A stretch of DNA of 64,000 nt from Bacillota bacterium (GTDB lineage Bacteria > Bacillota > JAAYKD01), in contig OY762825.2 of NCBI GenBank assembly GCA_963666425.2, positions 768,001 through 832,000 of the forward strand. Reading direction: 5' to 3'. Of the stretch, positions 59,031 to 64,000 are shown one piece after another (position 1 is the stretch's first letter; every line of letters starts with the position of its first letter). The translations under genes and the position numbers were made by a program. The notes beneath the pieces were generated by a model. It worked only from the letters and a program-made list of their open reading frames with translations. It was not told the origin of the DNA and searched no databases.

Positions 59031-59222
59031 TGGTTTTCAACTTTAAGTAATCAAGTTGAGTTGAAGGGAGTGAAGAAGAAGAGGTTATTTCAAATGTGTA
59101 CTTATCTAGTGCAAAACGGTTTTATTCAGAAGGAAAACCGTTAAAAAAAGCGAATGATTATTTTAGCGAAATAAATAGGGAGCAATTACACTTAAAATGT
59201 TAGTAGAGAGTGGAGGGAAATC

Positions 59223-59609
59223 ATGAAGGACATCATTATTACAACCGGAGATCTCAAAAGAGAGTATGAGATTATTGGTCCAGTGTATTTTCAAATCTCC
59301 AATAAGGGAATATTTAGCAATCCCCTGAGCGTATTGGTAACCCAGTATTCCAAAGAGTTGCAACAAATGCAAAAGAACGGTGCGATTTCCGAGGAAAGAT
59401 CGGATTGGGGTTTCTTATACGGTGAATGGTCTGTAGGACAAAGTGATTTCGAAAAAGCATTCTATGTAGCGACACAAGAATTGAAGAAAAGGGCTGATAT
59501 GCTGAATGCAGATGCAGTCATTGGTATGAGGCAAGATATTGATTTAGACACCAATGGCTTTACCTTTTTCTATTTACAAATGTATGGCACTGCGGTAAGA
59601 TTTTTATAA
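59223..59609 (+). CDS. YbjQ-like heavy-metal-binding domain protein
   Basis: ITTGDL..EYEIIG, ADAVIG, MYGTAV. Confidence 0.75.
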   Translation: MKDIIITTGDLKREYEIIGPVYFQISNKGIFSNPLSVLVTQYSKELQQMQKNGAISEERSDWGFLYGEWSVGQSDFEKAFYVATQELKKRADMLNADAVIGMRQDIDLDTNGFTFFYLQMYGTAVRFL

Positions 59610-59654
59610 GGACTTAGCTAGGAAATTGTGCATTAAATCAGATGAGGTGAAGCT

Positions 59655-59909
59655 ATGATCTATATGGACTTAACCAAAAAAGCGATGCAGCTTTGATTTG
59701 ATGCTCACAAAGGGCAAACGGATAAAAGCGGATTGCCCTTTGTGTTTCATCCCATGCATGTAGCAGAAAAGATGCAAGATGAAATCACGACAATCTCTGC
59801 CCTTTTACACGATGTAATCGAGGATACAAAATACACCGTTAAAGATTAACGAGAGATGGGTTTCCCTGAGCAGGTTGTGCAAGCAGTTTCTTTATTAACA
59901 AAGCATAAG
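59655..59909 (+). pseudogene. Small alarmone hydrolase-like HD-domain pseudogene
   Basis: AHKGQTDKSG.P...HP, ALLHDVIEDT; stops at 59694 (TGA) and 59847 (TAA); truncated. Confidence 0.75.
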
Positions 59910-60152
59910 GTGCTTATTACCAGATTGGCAACTTATGAATACATTTCCGAACATCGGAGCATTTTTGTTACCGGCGCAACCGGCAGCGGCAAAACCTATA
60001 TGGCCTGTGCTTTTGGCATAGGAGCAGGCAAACAGTACTTCATTGTGCGATATATTCGTCTTCTAAATTTTCTTCTGGAATTGGAAGTGGCACACAGCGA
60101 GGGGAAATTCCCCTTGGAATATAAGGGACGCATAGAAAATAAAGGTTTTTAG
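59910..60152 (+). mobile_element. IS21 helper ATPase (IstB) fragment
   Basis: LITRLAT..YI.....IFVTGATGSGKTYMACAFG...VRYIRL; no istA seen. Confidence 0.7.
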
Positions 60153-60278
60153 CTGCAGGCAAACGAATCAAATATCGCTGATGATTTTTACTTTTGGCGT
60201 GTTAGAGTAAACAAACAAGAATCATCAGGGAGAAAAAGGATATTTGCAAAACAAACTACAACAGAAAGGGATGGCGAG

Positions 60279-60767
60279 ATGAGCGAAATACTGGCAAACG
60301 ATTTAAGATTACAGTACAAGAAAGCTTTCAGCACAATCCGTAAGATCGTGGAGACTTTTTCAGAAGATCACTGGCGGGAGCCACACGGAGATATTTACTA
60401 CATCCCCTGCCGAATCGCCTATCATTTGGCTGTTGTCATCGACAACTATCTCGCCGGCGGATACAAAGACAAGGATTTTGCCGCCAAACTCCCCTATGGC
60501 AAATGGATCGACGCCACGGCTGAGAATCTTCCTGATAAAAATGAATTTCTTGCCTACTTCGACGGCGTACTCGGCAGGGCTGAGAAGGTTTTGTCCACTC
60601 TTAACGACGACATCCTGATCTCAGCGATTGAGCCGGAACGGACCTGGGTAGGCGCGAGCCAGATGGGGATGCACTTGTATATAATGCGGGAGTTATCCGA
60701 CCACACAGGTGAACTGAACAAAATGCTGATCGAAGATGGTGGACAGGATGTCTGGATCGCCAGATAA
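60279..60767 (+). CDS. DinB-like protein
   Basis: IAYHL, HTGEL; 162-aa helical size. Confidence 0.6.
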   Translation: MSEILANDLRLQYKKAFSTIRKIVETFSEDHWREPHGDIYYIPCRIAYHLAVVIDNYLAGGYKDKDFAAKLPYGKWIDATAENLPDKNEFLAYFDGVLGRAEKVLSTLNDDILISAIEPERTWVGASQMGMHLYIMRELSDHTGELNKMLIEDGGQDVWIAR

Positions 60768-60779
60768 AGCGATGCCGCT

Positions 60780-60958
60780 GGCTGACTCAGCCCTAACAGC
60801 TCGGTAAATGTCAGGAATGCTGTTTATGATCTTCTGTAATGACTTCCCGAATCTACCTTCGGCTCTGTTCCCCCTGTCTCCTGTACATTTAGCAACACCT
60901 CCTGGGATAAATTGACTGCGGTTTGCTAACAACAGCCGGTTTACCAGAGGAGGTGTTT
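60780..60958 (-). mobile_element. Degenerate IS200-like non-autonomous remnant (copy 1)
   Basis: Long hairpin AACACCTCCT...AGGAGGTGTT homologous to 63273-63342, with similar flank. Confidence 0.4.
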
Positions 60959-61020
60959 TGTTTTATCGGGTTTTTTCTTAGTGCAATGAAAAAGCTGCTG
61001 AAATCAGGGAGGGTTAAAAT

Positions 61021-61638
61021 ATGGATTTTTATGAGGCGATTGACAAACGGCGTATCGTCCGCAATTGGAAAGAAGAGGCCGTTTCGCAGAAGTCTGTGCA
61101 GCGGATCATTGCTGCCGGCCTGAAAGCGCCCAGTAACGACCATCTGCGCAATTGGGAGTTTGTTGTTCTGCATAGTCAGCAAGAAAAAGAAAACGCTCTG
61201 CAATTTGTGAAAGCACAAGCCACAAAACAAGGAGAAAATAAAGTAATTACCACGCCCGAAACGCCGGCGCAAAAGATGTATGCCTATGCAGTCCCCCGGC
61301 AATATACCATGCTGAGCAACGCACCCTTTCTGGTAATCCCGTTGTTCAAAGCCAATGTAAACCTTTTTCAGGCAGTATCGGTAAATGGTCTCAACAGCTT
61401 TGCTTCTATTTGGTGCGTCGTTGAAAACATGTTACTGGCGGCGACAGCAGAAGGTCTGGCCTGCTCCCTGCGTATTCCGGTAGGAGAAGAAGGCAACAAA
61501 GTCACAGCGGTTTTAGGTGTGCCAGAGGGCTATCTGATGCCGTGTTATCTCGGCATTGGCTACTCTGCGGAGGATGCGTCATTAATTGAACAGCATACCT
61601 ATTCGGCAGAGCAAAAAATGCACTTTGGCAAGTGGTAA
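61021..61638 (+). CDS. Nitroreductase family protein
   Basis: RRIVR, APSNDH...WEF, ENMLLAATAEGL, IGY. Confidence 0.88.
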   Translation: MDFYEAIDKRRIVRNWKEEAVSQKSVQRIIAAGLKAPSNDHLRNWEFVVLHSQQEKENALQFVKAQATKQGENKVITTPETPAQKMYAYAVPRQYTMLSNAPFLVIPLFKANVNLFQAVSVNGLNSFASIWCVVENMLLAATAEGLACSLRIPVGEEGNKVTAVLGVPEGYLMPCYLGIGYSAEDASLIEQHTYSAEQKMHFGKW

Positions 61639-61681
61639 TCTTTCAAGGATTTTGAACCTAAGCAGACGGGGAGGAACCATC

Positions 61682-62176
61682 ATGCAGAAGAAAGCGCTCG
61701 TTATCATCGACATTCAGAACGACATCACAAAAAACTACAGAGAGATCATTGCTAACATCAATAGAGCCATCGACTGGGCTGTTGAGCAGGGAGTTCCGGT
61801 GGTTTATATCAAGCACAATAATCTGTCTGCCGGCACGAGAACGTTTAAACCGGATACACTCGGCGCTGAACTTGTGCCTGAAATGAAGATCGTATCCGAA
61901 CATATCTTCACAAAATCGAAAGGCAACGCTCTGACCTGCGAGGCCTTCGCGGATTTTATCAGCAAGAACGCCATCACAGATCTCTATATAACCGGAGCAG
62001 ATGCAGCCGCCTGTGTTAAATCCACCTGTTTCAATCTGCGCAAATCTGGCTATACTGTGACTGTCCTCTCGGATTGCATCACCAGTTACGATAAGAGTAA
62101 AATTGCTGAGATGCTGCAGTATTACGAGAGTAAAGGCTGTAATCTCATCACCCTTGAGAGTCTGCCGACAAAATGA
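61682..62176 (+). CDS. Isochorismatase family cysteine hydrolase
   Basis: ALVIIDIQND, TG...ACV.ST; GGAGG RBS. Confidence 0.88.
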   Translation: MQKKALVIIDIQNDITKNYREIIANINRAIDWAVEQGVPVVYIKHNNLSAGTRTFKPDTLGAELVPEMKIVSEHIFTKSKGNALTCEAFADFISKNAITDLYITGADAAACVKSTCFNLRKSGYTVTVLSDCITSYDKSKIAEMLQYYESKGCNLITLESLPTK

Positions 62177-62284
62177 TCCTAGAATTGCCGAAAATGAGAT
62201 ACATTAATTCAGTTACGGATGGCAGAACTGTTCGCCTATTTGACCTTGAGCTTTCCGACAAAGTATGATATATTGCAGATGCAA

Positions 62285-62380
62285 AATCCTGTTGGGGAGT
62301 AGCAAGCGGACACTTTGTGCGTAACAAGTCAACATACCGGTCGCCATGACCTGGCTTGTTTTAAATTGCGAGACTCATGT
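62285..62380 (+). ncRNA. yybP-ykoY (Mn2+) riboswitch
   Basis: GGGGAGTAGC...GTCAACAT...CTGGC...GCGAGACTC upstream of an mntP-like gene. Confidence 0.8.
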
Positions 62381-62486
62381 ATTGGCGTAATGCTATACAT
62401 GATGTCTTCCTACCGATGATCAAGACTCAAGTTCAGCACACGCTGGCTTGGGTTTTTGTAATTTATAGGTATAGGAAAACATAAAA

Positions 62487-62780
62487 ATGCAATGGAGCTT
62501 CGTATTTCTTTTCAACAGTATTCTGCTCGGCGTAGGACTGGCTATGGATGCTTTTTCGGTATCCATGGCCAACGGTTTGAATGAACCGAAGATGAAAAAG
62601 CGGAAATTACTCGGTATTGCCGGTGTGTTTGCTGCTTTCAGGCAGTCATGCCGCTGCTCGGTTGGATTTGTGTTCATACCGTTGTCCAATGTTTTACGGT
62701 GTTTGAAAAATTCATTCCGTAGATCTCACTTGTGCTGCTTGGTTTTATCGGCGGAAAAATGCTCATCGAAGGGATTTGAA
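62487..62780 (+). pseudogene. mntP: Manganese efflux pump MntP pseudogene
   Basis: GLAMDAFSVS; frameshift near 62636 restores FQAVMPLLGW...IGGKML; internal TAG; truncated at 62780. Confidence 0.85.
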
Positions 62781-63079
62781 ACAAGGATTTTGCCGCCAAG
62801 CTCCCCTATGGCAAATGGATCGACGCCACGGCTGAGAATCTTCCTGATCGAAATGAATTTCTTGCCTACTTCGACGGCGTACTCAGCAGGGCTGAGAAGG
62901 TTTTGTCCACTCTTAACGACGACATCCTGATCTCAGCGATTGAGCCGGAACGGACCTGGGTAGGCGCGAGCCAGATGGGGATGCACTTGTATATAATGCG
63001 GGAGTTATCCGACCATACAGGTGAACTGAATAAAATGTTGATCGAAGATGGTGGACAGGATGTCTGGATCGCCAGATAA
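62781..63079 (+). repeat. 299-bp direct duplication of DinB-like gene 3' part (60469-60767)
   Basis: 7 mismatches by eye; offset 2312 bp. Confidence 0.93.
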
Positions 63080-63094
63080 TTCGATCCCCCCTCT

Positions 63095-63345
63095 TCAACC
63101 GTGGCAGCCGGCTCCGATGGCTCGCTCACCCTTAACAGGCCCACAGATTTCAAGAATGATAATTGTTCTTCTTTTATAGCTTCTCGAATTTGTTTTTGAA
63201 TCTACTCCTCCGTTACCTGTGCATTTTTAGCCACCGTATCTACTTAGAATTTGCGCTCAGCAGATGTACTTTAAAAACACCTCCCATAGTAAACTGACTG
63301 TGGTTTTGCAACGACAGCTTGTTCACCATGGAAGGTGTTTTTTTA
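63095..63345 (-). mobile_element. Degenerate IS200/IS605 tnpA remnant (copy 2)
   Basis: minus strand VDTVAKNAQVTEE*IQKQIRE...EQLS resembles TnpA C-terminus; GGAGG sequestered in a long hairpin. Confidence 0.5.
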
Positions 63346-63564
63346 TTGGATGACAAAACGAGTGAAATCTGATTGAAACCTTAATCACCAAGAATTTGAA
63401 AGCGTCATTTGATTATTTCTACTCTATGATATCATAAATGTGCAACAGTAGCCAATCTTGTCAGGTTATGTGCAGCAAAATATCTTTCAAAGGAGATGCT
63501 GATTGACATAATAATTTCCTGCTACTGCAACATTAAATGAATCAACCCGGTATTTTTTTTGGCA

Positions 63565-64000
63565 TTATAGTAAAGTAAACAGGTATCCAGAGCCTACCAT
63601 GATGACATTACTGAAGCTATGCATCAAGATTGGATAAATAATACTTCGGCTTTTTTGATATGTTACCCCTTGTACGGTTCCAAGGGCAAATGCGTAAACC
63701 AATTGGAAATAGTCAGCTTGAACAGTAAACGGTGCCAATGACCACTTAATATGGGCGATTGAGAACAGCAGAGATGCCAGAATTACTTCCAATGTAATGA
63801 GCTTATGCACTTTGATGCTCTTGCCAAAAATGTAAAGAAACATGGTGACAGGTAATGCCCGGAATAGAATTTCTTCGGATGGCCCACTTAAAAAAAGCTG
63901 AAATCCCAATGTACCGGCAACATTGTTTCTATTTAAAGGAAAATCATAGACGGGTATTTGCTTTGTTATATGCGTAAACGCATACATAATGACTGCAATG
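63565..64000 (-). CDS. CPBP (CAAX/Abi) intramembrane metalloprotease, 5' part outside window
   Basis: EEILFR, FSIAH, H..SN motifs. Confidence 0.85.
   Translation of the reverse strand, partial: IAVIMYAFTHITKQIPVYDFPLNRNNVAGTLGFQLFLSGPSEEILFRALPVTMFLYIFGKSIKVHKLITLEVILASLLFSIAHIKWSLAPFTVQADYFQLVYAFALGTVQGVTYQKSRSIIYPILMHSFSNVIMVGSGYLFTLL

Noticed and set aside
59694-59696. Second in-frame TGA as selenocysteine
   Set aside because: The same gene also has a TAA stop and is truncated by an IstB fragment, so it is a pseudogene
60469-63079. Duplication as DGR template/variable repeat
   Set aside because: Mismatches are not adenine-specific (several C/T) and no reverse transcriptase is present

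Overview
Bacterial (Firmicutes-like, anaerobe; sigma-A promoters, CIRCE, GGAGG RBSs) chromosomal window. The first ~42 kb are mostly metabolic: RCC1 surface protein, LysR/purA, two D-aminoacylases plus an M14 peptidase, CIRCE-controlled htpG, an HD-GYP protein, a TPP-riboswitch cytX-thiMED operon, a livKHMGF operon and a trimeric [FeFe]-hydrogenase with a HydB-GltD fusion. The remainder is a patchwork accessory region with several pseudogenes and IS remnants. Highlights: (1) an operon combining a 4x-repeat ACGA precursor peptide and radical SAM/SPASM enzyme with a class M sirtuin and Zn-macrodomain pair, without the usual GcvH-L/LplA partners; (2) an OsmC-like gene missed by the ORF track, with an in-frame TGA at the catalytic Cys and a SECIS-like hairpin (probable selenoprotein); (3) a 97-codon Ile/Leu/Val-tract leader ORF plus terminator before the liv operon (probable ribosome-mediated attenuator instead of a T-box); (4) a 29-bp REP-like palindrome family. 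All assignments come from motif recognition by eye; no searches were run.
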